From an uncultured virus (IMG/VR IMGVR_UViG_3300034989_000018) (lineage: Duplodnaviria > Heunggongvirae > Uroviricota > Caudoviricetes), in IMG/VR virus record IMGVR_UViG_3300034989_000018: DNA of 20,000 bases, one strand, 5' to 3'. Made by a program: the position numbers and the translations under genes. The notes under the pieces are model-generated. The model had not been told where the DNA came from, searched no databases, and was given only the letters and a program-made list of their open reading frames with translations. Shown piece by piece: positions 8,199 to 17,973 of the stretch (position 1 is the first letter of the stretch; each line of letters starts with the position of its first letter).

Positions 8199-10136
8199 GT
8201 GTACAAAAAAAATAAATATGATAATAAAAGCCTACATTTAGGGCACGACTTATCAAAATTAATATTTAATTTAAATAAATTAATAAATAGGAAAATAAAA
8301 GCAATTGGATTTCCAATTGTCTTCTTTTTATTTTATATGATCCTAAATGAAAAAATAAAAAATTCGACTCTACATAATCATACACATTTTTTAATATTTA
8401 TGATAATACTTATTTATATTATTTGCTACATTACCTCGTTGATCTTGTTAAATGAGTACTATAATATAAAGTTTTTCCATGCAAAAGTAATAACAGGCAA
8501 TCAATATATAAACTTTACTAACTATACTAAATCTAATAAATATGAAAAAATATGGTTATTTACGACTAATGTACCTGTCAAATACTTGATTGCTAATAGT
8601 GATATAGTTGCTAATGTATTAAAAAATCATGTAGTAGAAATTAGACAACGTAAACATAGTTTTACTATGATAGAAATTATTACATCTAGCAAGGTAATTA
8701 ATTATAAGGAACTTGCTAAATTTGGAGATAGTAATATTATAAAATTACAATCAGCCTTTAAATTAAATGGTATAAATATATATAATTGCTCACAAGAACT
8801 TGAACAATACAAAGATACTATTTATTTTGATTGTGATGAAAAAAAATTAAGTTTACTAAAGGTCCTGGATGAAATTAAACACCTTACTGCTATAAGTAAC
8901 ATGACTATATATAGCAATCAGAACACCGACTTTAAGCTAATTATAGAAAAACCTGTCGGAATTATTGATTTTACTGAGTTGCTAATAGAAAGCGACTTAG
9001 ATAAAGAAACTAATATCTTGCTAGGTATAGATAACAATAATAGAGAAATAGCAATAAGTATTTTTGATATATATCATAGTATTGTAGCAGGTAGCACAGG
9101 GTATGGAAAAAGTAACCTAGGACACGTAATAATTAGTAGTTTATTAAAATCAGGTCTTGATATAGTAAATGTTTTACTAGACCCTAAAAAATCCGAACTT
9201 AAAAGGTATCGTGATATTCAAAATGTATTCTATTCAGGTGATAAAAAAGAAATAATTAAAATCCTCGAATTATTAGTAATTGAAATGGATAAAAGAAATA
9301 TCTTATTCGAACAGGATAAATTTATAAAAGATATAGATACATGGAATATAAAAATGAAACATAATAAATTACCTTATATTGTTATCTACATCGAAGAAAT
9401 AGCTGATTTGATTTTATCAACTGACAAAGAACTTAAAAAATCATTTGAAAACTCAATAATAAGACTTACTCAATTAGGTAGGTCTACAGGATTTAGATTA
9501 TTTCTTAGCACTCAATTTCCAAAAAAAGAAATCATTAATACAGTTATAAAAGCTAATTGCGCCACTAGATTTGGATTTGGTACAATTACTAACATAGAAT
9601 CAAGAGTAATTTTAGACGATGATAAATGTAAAGGACTTAACAAAGGACAAATGATTTTACAAACTAATGATATAGAAATAAAAATTAAAGTGCCTTTACT
9701 AAAAAATAATGTTATCGAAGATATTGTTTATTATCTTGAAGACTTGGATAAATTAGCTAAAAAGACCATGAGTATATATTTTATATCGAATATGTCAAAT
9801 ACCCTAAATAACTGTAAGTTAGACGTTAAAAAAGATATACCGAATATACCGAATATACCGAATAATATAAATAAAAAAGTTAATATAAATAAAGATAAAG
9901 TATTACTCATACGAAAATACAATATCGAAAATGAAAAAGATTTGTTAAATTTTTACATAGATTGTAATGAAAATAATCAAATATTATCAGTAGATAAAAC
10001 TTTAAAACATATAAATATAGGTAAAACTAAATTACAAGAGTTCAGAAAAAAATTAATAACAGATGAATATTTAATTGTGGATAATAAAAAAGTATTCTTA
10101 AATAAAAATAAATTAAAAAATTATAAAATATTATAA
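8199..10136 (+). CDS. FtsK/SpoIIIE-family P-loop ATPase with N-terminal membrane anchors and a putative C-terminal wHTH
   Basis: GTG start with AAGGAG; two hydrophobic segments; Walker A GSTGYGKS; LLDPK; Walker B-like IYIEEIADL; GRSTG arginine finger; STQ motif. Confidence 0.88.
   Translation: MYKKNKYDNKSLHLGHDLSKLIFNLNKLINRKIKAIGFPIVFFLFYMILNEKIKNSTLHNHTHFLIFMIILIYIICYITSLILLNEYYNIKFFHAKVITGNQYINFTNYTKSNKYEKIWLFTTNVPVKYLIANSDIVANVLKNHVVEIRQRKHSFTMIEIITSSKVINYKELAKFGDSNIIKLQSAFKLNGINIYNCSQELEQYKDTIYFDCDEKKLSLLKVLDEIKHLTAISNMTIYSNQNTDFKLIIEKPVGIIDFTELLIESDLDKETNILLGIDNNNREIAISIFDIYHSIVAGSTGYGKSNLGHVIISSLLKSGLDIVNVLLDPKKSELKRYRDIQNVFYSGDKKEIIKILELLVIEMDKRNILFEQDKFIKDIDTWNIKMKHNKLPYIVIYIEEIADLILSTDKELKKSFENSIIRLTQLGRSTGFRLFLSTQFPKKEIINTVIKANCATRFGFGTITNIESRVILDDDKCKGLNKGQMILQTNDIEIKIKVPLLKNNVIEDIVYYLEDLDKLAKKTMSIYFISNMSNTLNNCKLDVKKDIPNIPNIPNNINKKVNINKDKVLLIRKYNIENEKDLLNFYIDCNENNQILSVDKTLKHINIGKTKLQEFRKKLITDEYLIVDNKKVFLNKNKLKNYKIL
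9837..9863 (+). repeat. 3 x 9-bp tandem repeat ATACCGAAT (IPN x3) in the FtsK linker
   Basis: Direct reading of the sequence. Confidence 0.9.
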
Positions 10137-10179
10137 CTATAAATCTTAGCTTCCTAAAAATCAATAAAAAAATGCACAC

Positions 10180-10207
10180 AAAAAAAAGACCGTCAATTGA
10201 CGGTCTT
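10180..10207 (-). terminator. Intrinsic terminator between the convergent transcription units
   Basis: Perfect palindrome AAGACCGTCAATTGACGGTCTT (10186-10207) with an A-run on its left, giving a U-tract for the - strand. Confidence 0.85.
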
Positions 10208-10313
10208 AAATATTTAATAAAAATTTAAAACACTGACATATTTTTTTAAATATTACCAACATTAATATAATAGGTAATATAAATATTGTTGCAAACATTA
10301 ATATAATTTTCAT
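10206..10313 (-). CDS. 35-aa hydrophobic peptide MKIILMFATIFILPIILMLVIFKKICQCFKFLLNI (not in the ORF track)
   Basis: ATGA overlap with the upstream stop; AAGGAG 8 nt upstream of the ATG; stop lies in the terminator arm; single TM helix followed by KK. Confidence 0.7.
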   Translation of the reverse strand: MKIILMFATIFILPIILMLVIFKKICQCFKFLLNI

Positions 10314-10819
10314 TGCATTTTCTCCTTTACTGATTTAATTTTACTGAAAATGCTTTCTTTATGTACTAAAGTCATAAATTTATTATAAAATGAATCTAAT
10401 TTATCATCATTAAACCCCATAGGATTTCTAACTTGATATTGAACGTCTATTTTATTAGACTCATTAACTGATAAATATTTTTCACAAATTCTGAAATCTT
10501 TAATATATATTGTTTCAAGATGTATTAAAGGTTTCTTTTTTTCAAATGGTGCATCATAATCTTTATTATCTACCATTTCAGTCCAAGAAAATTGTATCTT
10601 TTGTTCTTCCAGTAAATACAGATAATTATTTATATCATGTATTATATATTCTTTCATTTTTTTATTATCATATTCATACGATAACCAATCATATAATAAA
10701 GTTTTCAGTTCTTTAGAAGTCATCGATTTTATTTCTAAATTATCTCTTTCTTTTATAAAATCATTTAACTCTAATACGCATTGCACTAGAGTATCTTTAG
10801 ATATTTTGTTTAATAACAT
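10310..10819 (-). CDS. Hypothetical protein
   Basis: AGGAGG RBS; 169-aa ORF. Confidence 0.8.
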   Translation of the reverse strand: MLLNKISKDTLVQCVLELNDFIKERDNLEIKSMTSKELKTLLYDWLSYEYDNKKMKEYIIHDINNYLYLLEEQKIQFSWTEMVDNKDYDAPFEKKKPLIHLETIYIKDFRICEKYLSVNESNKIDVQYQVRNPMGFNDDKLDSFYNKFMTLVHKESIFSKIKSVKEKMQ

Positions 10820-10887
10820 TTCTTAATCCTCCTAAAATTTTAATATTTACTCTTTAATTTTTTTAAATTTATTTGCCTAAAACAATA

Positions 10888-11139
10888 TTATTTTTCCTCC
10901 TTATTTGCTTTCGATACTATCTTTTTTAAATGATTACATGTTTTCCATGCATCATTTAACTTCCAATCTTTTATTACTTCATAAGTATGTTTTATATAAT
11001 TACCTGTTCTTATATTTATGATAGCTTTCTCTTTATCATAATCACCATCATAAAAATTATCTGTTACTAAATAAATTGTAACACTATCATTTTTCTTTGT
11101 TATCCAGTCACCTGACTTTACTTTTTTTGTATAAGACAT
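10888..11139 (-). CDS. Hypothetical protein (MSYTKK start)
   Basis: AAGGAG precedes the ATG at 11139; the 11253 start in the ORF track overlaps the upstream gene and has no RBS. Confidence 0.7.
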   Translation of the reverse strand: MSYTKKVKSGDWITKKNDSVTIYLVTDNFYDGDYDKEKAIINIRTGNYIKHTYEVIKDWKLNDAWKTCNHLKKIVSKANKEEK

Positions 11140-11221
11140 TTTTATATCTCCTTTTAATTTTATTTTTCTATTAATATAGAAATGCTTATAAGGCGATTTT
11201 AACGCCAAATAAGCTAATATT

Positions 11222-11650
11222 TTATGTACCTGATACCATATCACATAAATCATTATATGCCTGTATATAATAATGATCTTTGTTTAAATCTTTATACTCT
11301 TTTAAATCTTTTTTATAGTCTATTATCTTTAAACAAATTTCTTCAAATGTTATTTGGTCAATTTCAATATCAACAGTCAGATAATAATTTCTTAAATTCT
11401 TTACTGTTGAAGTATCTAATAGTTGTAATGTATAATCACGTACTAAGTTATATATAGATAACTTAGTACTCTCTTGCTGCTTTTTATTACCTGTCAATAT
11501 TACTTGTATATCTTCTGTTACTTCAAATAGTTTCTTATGTTTATAATGACTATGGAGTTTGTCATAATAATTCTTGTAATTTGATTCTAAAATTGCACAT
11601 TCGTTATAAATTTTAAAATAATCTTCACCTTTCATTTTTATTTTACCCAT
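11222..11650 (-). CDS. Hypothetical protein
   Basis: GAGGAGGAG RBS; 142 aa. Confidence 0.75.
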   Translation of the reverse strand: MGKIKMKGEDYFKIYNECAILESNYKNYYDKLHSHYKHKKLFEVTEDIQVILTGNKKQQESTKLSIYNLVRDYTLQLLDTSTVKNLRNYYLTVDIEIDQITFEEICLKIIDYKKDLKEYKDLNKDHYYIQAYNDLCDMVSGT

Positions 11651-11690
11651 TATTCTTCTCCTCCTCTATTTTAGATAATGATGTTAACAT
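11643..11690 (-). CDS. 15-aa micro-ORF MLTSLSKIEEEKNNG (not in the ORF track)
   Basis: Preceded by the array-consensus AAGGAGAATAAAAAAC-ATG leader; stop overlaps the start of the next gene. Confidence 0.5.
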   Translation of the reverse strand: MLTSLSKIEEEKNNG

Positions 11691-11791
11691 GTTTTTTATT
11701 CTCCTTTTCCTTTTTTTATAATTAATCATATATAAGATATTGTGAATATCTTTATATATGATTGAAATAACTTAGCAAGCTTTTAAACTTA

Positions 11792-12130
11792 CTAAGCTAA
11801 TAAATTAAACTGTTTGTCAAAATCTAGATCACTTAAAGAAATTAATTCAAATTCCAGCTTCTTTAGTTGCCTTAAATTATATGTTTTACTAGTATCAATC
11901 TTAAAGCCAAAATCAAGCCGATTTAACAAATTATTAATTGATTCTAGTATTTTATAGTATTTATATATTTCTTTAAGTTCTGTGTTTAATTTTAGCCTTG
12001 ATTCATATATTAAAGTTAATAAAGATTTTGACTTAAAATTAATAATAGAACCATTTAAAACCATTTGTATATGAGTTTTATCAAGTTCTATTATTGTTAG
12101 AATTTTTAATATTAATTCTACTCTCATCAT
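11792..12130 (-). CDS. Hypothetical protein
   Basis: AAGGTG RBS; 112 aa. Confidence 0.7.
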   Translation of the reverse strand: MMRVELILKILTIIELDKTHIQMVLNGSIINFKSKSLLTLIYESRLKLNTELKEIYKYYKILESINNLLNRLDFGFKIDTSKTYNLRQLKKLEFELISLSDLDFDKQFNLLA

Positions 12131-12159
12131 AAAAACACCTTTTAATATGATTTTTATTT

Positions 12160-12444
12160 CTAAATTATTTCTAAACCTGAATAAGATATTAAATAAACTT
12201 TATATTTATTAAAACTTCTTATAGGTGTATTATAATCCCATTCAAAATTTAAGAACTTATTTAAATTATTAAAATTTTCTTTAAATATTTTATACATATT
12301 TTTTTCTTCCATCATTTCAAAACTTAAATAATAGTCATTTGTATGTATTGAAATATTATGTATAAATGTAAAATCATTAAGTGTATTTTTTATTTTATTC
12401 ATATCTTCAAAAACTTTTTCTTTACTAATTTGTGTCTTACTCAT
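12160..12444 (-). CDS. Hypothetical protein
   Basis: GGAGGAGG RBS. Confidence 0.75.
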   Translation of the reverse strand: MSKTQISKEKVFEDMNKIKNTLNDFTFIHNISIHTNDYYLSFEMMEEKNMYKIFKENFNNLNKFLNFEWDYNTPIRSFNKYKVYLISYSGLEII

Positions 12445-12463
12445 TGTTTTTAGTCCTCCTCCA

Positions 12464-12796
12464 TTATTTTATTTCGATATATAATTTATTATCAAGTGAA
12501 TATCTCCATGCATATTCATTGCAGATGTAAGAAAAATAAGCAATACCAATTTCCCAAGATTCATGAGAAAACATATTACTATTTGTCCATTTGTCTCTAG
12601 TGTTGTAGTAGTTCAAATGATCTATTAATGTCATTTTAGCATCAATATGATTTTCACATCTGTAATAATTTTCAAACATTTTTATTTCAAAGTGTTCAAA
12701 AATTTTTTCATCAATTTTTTTTAAGCATGTTCCAAAATGCTCAGATGATAGTATTTCTACTATCATACCGTTTTTCAATTGTTCTATTAATCTCAT
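12464..12796 (-). CDS. Hypothetical protein
   Basis: AAGGAGATAAAAAA leader. Confidence 0.8.
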   Translation of the reverse strand: MRLIEQLKNGMIVEILSSEHFGTCLKKIDEKIFEHFEIKMFENYYRCENHIDAKMTLIDHLNYYNTRDKWTNSNMFSHESWEIGIAYFSYICNEYAWRYSLDNKLYIEIK

Positions 12797-12874
12797 TGTT
12801 TTTTATCTCCTTTTTATTTTTTATTTTTTTATTGAAACAAGTGATCACGCTTTGACACGTGATTACCTTAGATA

Positions 12875-13501
12875 CTAGATTATCAAATAATTATTTTCCA
12901 ATTGTGCATATCTTTCATGTAAATCATCTAGATTGTACAATTTTTCATTTAATACTTCAGAATCTTTAATTAAACGCCATCCTAATGGATGACTTTTTTC
13001 ATTGTCAATTCTTTTGATTTGATAACCAAAAGAATTGAATCTTTTTTCTAAATTATCAATATGATCATTAGCAGTTATGTAAAAACTAGGATGTTGAATT
13101 TCAAATGATTCTTCGATTAATTCTATGTCTATTAATCCATATTGCCAATTTTCATTTTGTTGTTTAAAATACTCTCTTATCTCTCTCTTTGAAAGATTTA
13201 AAGTATCTTTAACATTATTCACTGTTTCTACTTCATAATTTGTAAAATCTATAAAGTAGTCAATTCCTCCTGTATTCCCTAATTTAATTCCTTTTTGTCC
13301 TAGTTTATAATTTAATTTTTTTGTAGAAATTAAATAATAAACATCCCAAATGTTTCTTCCTCTGTTATTTCTTCTAGTTGTGTATGCTTCTAACCTAATT
13401 AAATAGGCTAGAATGTTTTTTGTTTTTTTGCCTTTAACAGCATATATTATGCTATTAGAAGTTTCCTTATTGTTTTTTATTGATGTTATTTTTTCAATCA
13501 T
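12875..13501 (-). CDS. Hypothetical protein
   Basis: AAGGAGATAAAAAA leader; 208 aa. Confidence 0.8.
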   Translation of the reverse strand: MIEKITSIKNNKETSNSIIYAVKGKKTKNILAYLIRLEAYTTRRNNRGRNIWDVYYLISTKKLNYKLGQKGIKLGNTGGIDYFIDFTNYEVETVNNVKDTLNLSKREIREYFKQQNENWQYGLIDIELIEESFEIQHPSFYITANDHIDNLEKRFNSFGYQIKRIDNEKSHPLGWRLIKDSEVLNEKLYNLDDLHERYAQLENNYLII

Positions 13502-13567
13502 TATTTTTTATCTCCTTTTTTTTATTGAAATACCCTTGTAAACTTTGATATTCACAAGGATAAAAAT

Positions 13568-13882
13568 TTAAAAATCTTTGTGGTAATTATCGAGGATATG
13601 AGATATTTTAAATTTAAAGTCTACTGTTATATAAACTATATATTTAAAATAATCATAGTCCTCCATATATTCATTCTTATAAAAGTGATGTTTATGATAG
13701 TGTTCTTTTATTATAAGAACATTATCATCTTTAAATATAATGATATTATCTTTATATTCATATTCACTATATTCTATTGGTTTTAATTCTGGCATATCTG
13801 CCTTATCTTCAACAATTACAATATCATCAATTGATTCTTTTAAATTAATTGATTTTAATATTTCCTTTAATTTAATTTTCAT
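13568..13882 (-). CDS. Hypothetical protein
   Basis: AGGGAGAATGAAAA leader. Confidence 0.78.
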   Translation of the reverse strand: MKIKLKEILKSINLKESIDDIVIVEDKADMPELKPIEYSEYEYKDNIIIFKDDNVLIIKEHYHKHHFYKNEYMEDYDYFKYIVYITVDFKFKISHILDNYHKDF

Positions 13883-13967
13883 TATTTTTCATTCTCCCTT
13901 TTATTTTTATTTTTATTGAAAAAAATTACTGCAATGTGATTTACAGTAATTTTGGTTACATTAGTAT

Positions 13968-14768
13968 TTAAGAGTATTTAAGTTCTAATAATTCATCTCG
14001 AAAATAGATTGAAACATTCTTTCTACCATGTCGTATTACCTTAGTATGATTATATTTCATGGTGGACAATAGATTCATTAAACCTGTTGTACTTTGTTTT
14101 AAATTAGTACCACCTATTTTAACGAACTTCTTATCACTAAGAAATTGCAATGATAACAAGTATTCTTGTATCATTTCATCATAATTATCTTTGCCATATT
14201 GCATATAGTTTAAAACTTCAAGTATATTCTTGATATTAAACCAATCTGAATCATGCAAAAAATGATTGTTTACGATTTTTAAGTTTTCTAACTCAAAGCT
14301 AAAATGAGTTGAAAACTCATTATAATTTTGATAACAATTAATCTTGTTATCAAAAATATTCTCAAAATCATAATCAAATTTTAACATTAATGAATTTTTG
14401 TAGGCTACAAATAATTCATTGAATAACATGTCGTATTGACCATAACCACCATTTTTAAAGTCATAATTATTAATATCAATTTTGTATTTAGACAATATCC
14501 ATTCAAATCTATTGATGAATACTTTTAATGTACTATCAGTTAAAAGCGGTTTGTCTAAAGAATTATCTAAGTCTTGCCTTAAGTCCCAGACTATATAATC
14601 TCTTATTAATTCTTTAAAACTCAATCTATCAGACTTTGATTCAATATAATAATTAGTTGAATTAACCTCAACATAATCAACCATTATACAATCATTTAAT
14701 CGTCGTCCTAAATGTCTACCATTTTTAAAACCTATATTTACATTATTTGTTAGTTTTAATTCATTCAT
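13968..14768 (-). CDS. Hypothetical protein
   Basis: Consensus AAGGAGAATAAAA leader; 266 aa. Confidence 0.82.
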   Translation of the reverse strand: MNELKLTNNVNIGFKNGRHLGRRLNDCIMVDYVEVNSTNYYIESKSDRLSFKELIRDYIVWDLRQDLDNSLDKPLLTDSTLKVFINRFEWILSKYKIDINNYDFKNGGYGQYDMLFNELFVAYKNSLMLKFDYDFENIFDNKINCYQNYNEFSTHFSFELENLKIVNNHFLHDSDWFNIKNILEVLNYMQYGKDNYDEMIQEYLLSLQFLSDKKFVKIGGTNLKQSTTGLMNLLSTMKYNHTKVIRHGRKNVSIYFRDELLELKYS

Positions 14769-14849
14769 TTTTTTTTATTCTCCTTTTATTTTTATTTTTT
14801 ATTGAAAAAGGTAGTCACAACTTGACTTGTAAATACCTTAGATTATTAA

Positions 14850-15080
14850 TTATCTTATTTTTTCAAAAATTGAAAAAAAAGATTTTTCAAGATTTTTATT
14901 GGCAAATTCTAAACCATCTATATCTTCTATATCTTCTACCCCTATCCAGGTATAAGAATTAATTTCCCAATCTGCCAAACCTTCACAAAAATTTTCTTCT
15001 TCTTCATAAGTAAGAAATATATTTTCAATAATGTTACTTCCATTAAATGTTATTACTGTTAATTTAGGATTCATATTCAT
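14850..15080 (-). CDS. Small acidic hypothetical protein
   Basis: Consensus leader; rich in E and D. Confidence 0.78.
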   Translation of the reverse strand: MNMNPKLTVITFNGSNIIENIFLTYEEEENFCEGLADWEINSYTWIGVEDIEDIDGLEFANKNLEKSFFSIFEKIR

Positions 15081-15135
15081 TGTTTTTATTCTCCTTTTTT
15101 ATTTTTATTTTTTAGAAAGGGACTTACATCCCTTT

Positions 15136-15573
15136 CTAAATTGGTTCTTCGTCGCTATAGTAATAATCCAGTTGTTCTTTAATATTGTTTATATCAATGA
15201 TTTGTTTTTGACTATATAAAATATAGTCAAACAAAGCATCCTCTTCTGTTTCTGTCTCTTCTTTATTAATCACCAAATTTAAATCACTGATGTCGAAATT
15301 CATATCGAAATCATAAATTATAATGCGTTGATTATCTATTGCTTGGTTTCTTTCATTAGTGGACAATGATTCTGTTTCCAATTGTCCAGTTTTTAAATTT
15401 AAAATTGCATAACCATGCTTGTATCCTTTGTTAAAGCCTTCCCAAGCTTTTTTCAAGATTTCTATTTCATCTAATTGATTAATCAAAGACAATATATCGT
15501 CCTTGGTTAATACCTCAATTCTTTCATTTTGTCCTAGCCCGGTTCCTTTTGCTTTTATTGTTGTTTTTTTCAT
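15136..15573 (-). CDS. Hypothetical protein (acidic C-terminal half)
   Basis: Consensus leader; TAG stop embedded in the downstream hairpin arm. Confidence 0.8.
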   Translation of the reverse strand: MKKTTIKAKGTGLGQNERIEVLTKDDILSLINQLDEIEILKKAWEGFNKGYKHGYAILNLKTGQLETESLSTNERNQAIDNQRIIIYDFDMNFDISDLNLVINKEETETEEDALFDYILYSQKQIIDINNIKEQLDYYYSDEEPI

Positions 15574-15657
15574 CTTTTTTTATTCTCCTTTTTATTTTTA
15601 AGTCCAGTGGACTATTAGTAAAAAGTAATCACGCTTTGACACGTGATCACTTGAGAT

Positions 15658-15990
15658 TTAATTAGTTTCAATCAATAAAAAACCTTCGTCCTTGACGAAG
15701 TATTTTAAACAAGGTATTCCTTTGTCTTCAATCTGTTTTCCGTTCTTATAGTGACCTAAAAATACTAGGTCTTCTTTTAATCCATTAACTAATCGATATC
15801 TTAAGATACCTATTGTATTAATTTGATACATGTATTCAGTATCATTTACTATATGATACCTATTAAATAAGCAATTCATATGATCATATATATTGCTTTC
15901 TAATGTACTGTTATCCAAGTATTCCTTAAATACTTTGGATAATTTCATAATCTTTTTGTTTGTTAAATTATTAATATCTTTTTTTGTCAT
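15658..15990 (-). CDS. Hypothetical protein
   Basis: Consensus leader. Confidence 0.8.
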   Translation of the reverse strand: MTKKDINNLTNKKIMKLSKVFKEYLDNSTLESNIYDHMNCLFNRYHIVNDTEYMYQINTIGILRYRLVNGLKEDLVFLGHYKNGKQIEDKGIPCLKYFVKDEGFLLIETN

Positions 15991-16059
15991 CTTTTTTTAT
16001 TCTCCTTTTTTATTTTTAGTAATCAATAACCAAGCTTTAACACCTGGTTATCAAAAAAT

Positions 16060-16539
16060 CTATACTACTATCCTTTTTTTATTTAATTTATCATTTTCAT
16101 ACTTTTTACTACCATATGTCGACCGTATTTGTTCCATTGACCATTCTTTTCTATTTCTAGAAAAGCACCAATCTGGCCTATAATACCATTGTTTCTTTCT
16201 TGCAGCCCATCTAAATTTTAATGACTTCAAAAGGTCTTTTATTGGCCTTGTATTTCCTGATAGCCATATATACCAATTGCAAATTTCGATTTCTATATCA
16301 TTAAATTTAATCAATTGGGTTACGATATCTTTAAATATTTCAGCTTCATATACTTGACTATCTGCTTTTTTAGTTGACTTTTTATCTTTTAAGTCCTTAA
16401 TAGCCCTGTCATATTGACTATTAATTTCTTTGATAATACTATCATCAACATTTTTATTGATATCTGGATGATATTGTTTGACCAGTTTCCTATAAATATT
16501 TTTGATATCATCGATATTTGTACAATCTTTAAAATTCAT
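16060..16539 (-). CDS. J-domain (DnaJ-like) protein
   Basis: IKNIYRKLVKQYHPD...IKEINSQY is a J-domain with an intact HPD motif; it is followed by a W-rich C-terminal domain (WLSGNT..IKDLLKSLKFRWAARKKQWYY). Confidence 0.88.
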   Translation of the reverse strand: MNFKDCTNIDDIKNIYRKLVKQYHPDINKNVDDSIIKEINSQYDRAIKDLKDKKSTKKADSQVYEAEIFKDIVTQLIKFNDIEIEICNWYIWLSGNTRPIKDLLKSLKFRWAARKKQWYYRPDWCFSRNRKEWSMEQIRSTYGSKKYENDKLNKKRIVV

Positions 16540-16620
16540 ATTTTTTATTCTCCTTGTTTAAAGTCACTAGGACTATTATTTAAAAAAGCAATCACGCTTT
16601 GACACGTGATTACTTGTAAC

Positions 16621-16881
16621 TTATATTTTTTTAATATATATCCATCTGTCGGGTATCTCTGTTTCAACCACGGGACTTATCCCGTGTTTGTCAAAATTTA
16701 CATTTTCATGGATTTTAGTAATTTTATATCCATCAATTTGTTTCGTATTAAAGCCTTTTGAAAGTTCCGTTATTATTTCTTCCAGGGCATTTTCAGGATT
16801 ATAGAACCCTTGCCCATTTAAATATGAAAGAAAAGAACTTTCATATCCTAAATTACATATTACTATTTCGTATTTTTTCAT
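16621..16881 (-). CDS. Hypothetical protein
   Basis: Consensus leader. Confidence 0.78.
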   Translation of the reverse strand: MKKYEIVICNLGYESSFLSYLNGQGFYNPENALEEIITELSKGFNTKQIDGYKITKIHENVNFDKHGISPVVETEIPDRWIYIKKI

Positions 16882-16988
16882 AATTTTTTTATTCTCCTTT
16901 TTTTTTAAGTCCAGTGGACTATTATTTAAAAAAGATATTCACAAAATGACTTATGAATATCCTGGTAATTTATTTATGATAATACTGA

Positions 16989-17417
16989 TCAAAAAAATCC
17001 TTTCATATTATTTTTGCATTTTTTTGAAATGCTATTAAATTTATTAAATTCAATCTTAAATAATAAATTATTATGTAAATTCTTGATGTTTCGCATTGTA
17101 TCAAGATAATAACTTTTAAGCTCTTGTTGATAAAAATGTTTAAAACTATTATAGAGTAAATTTAATTCACAATAATTTAATTGATCTATATCTTTATGAT
17201 TTTTTCTAATTTTCATAACATGAAAATTAATGTAATAATGATTTTTTTTCTTTTTATCAAGTACGCTAAAAAAATTGACTTTTTCTTTATTACAATAGCA
17301 TATTGTAATTTTATTTGTATCGATGCATTTTAGTACATCTTTCAATGACATTAATCCATTTTCAAAATCCATTTGATTTAATATGGATTTTTGTATTTGT
17401 TTTAATGTTTTTTTCAT
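16989..17417 (-). CDS. Hypothetical protein, paralog of 18439-18891
   Basis: Shares MKKTLKQIQK.ILNQ.DFEN, NHYYIN, YQQE and LHNNL.FKIEFNK with that gene. Confidence 0.85.
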   Translation of the reverse strand: MKKTLKQIQKSILNQMDFENGLMSLKDVLKCIDTNKITICYCNKEKVNFFSVLDKKKKNHYYINFHVMKIRKNHKDIDQLNYCELNLLYNSFKHFYQQELKSYYLDTMRNIKNLHNNLLFKIEFNKFNSISKKCKNNMKGFF

Positions 17418-17515
17418 AATTTTTTTTATTCTCCTTTTAATTTTTATTTATTAAAAAAGATATTCACAAAATAACTTATGAATATCCTGGTATATTTATT
17501 ACTTTTGAATTTGAA

Positions 17516-17890
17516 TCATCTATCCATTAATATTAATTCAATCTTTTGCTGTATCTCAATATCTTTATCAAGATCATTATTTCTTTCTTCATCCCTTTTT
17601 AATTGATGTATTGATTCATTATCTGGGATATTTAATACACCCTCTAAAGTACTTAATAAAGGCATTAAAGCGTGAATTATTGACGCACTATCATTTACTC
17701 GTTCTTGATAAAGAGCTTTCAAAATAAACCTTTTTCCCTCATTTTTATTGAGTACTTCCAAACATTCTTTCATTTTATAAAAACTTGTCCTATAAAGCTC
17801 TTTTGATTCTTTATAAGAATCAAGTAATCTTAAATATCCCTTATTATCTATTGTTTTCTCTTCTTTAATTATTCTTTTTGGTGTTTTCAT
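17516..17890 (-). CDS. Hypothetical protein
   Basis: Consensus leader. Confidence 0.8.
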   Translation of the reverse strand: MKTPKRIIKEEKTIDNKGYLRLLDSYKESKELYRTSFYKMKECLEVLNKNEGKRFILKALYQERVNDSASIIHALMPLLSTLEGVLNIPDNESIHQLKRDEERNNDLDKDIEIQQKIELILMDR

Positions 17891-17973
17891 TTTTATTCTC
17901 CTTTTTTTTTAAGTCCAGTGGACTAATAAAAGGTAATACAAATTTGACTCTATATTACCCTAAGCAAAAACTT

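Noticed and set aside
2608..9922. Minus-strand ORFs at 2608, 4369, 4575, 5154, 5952 and 9731
   Set aside because: Short antisense shadows inside well-supported + strand genes, without RBSs.
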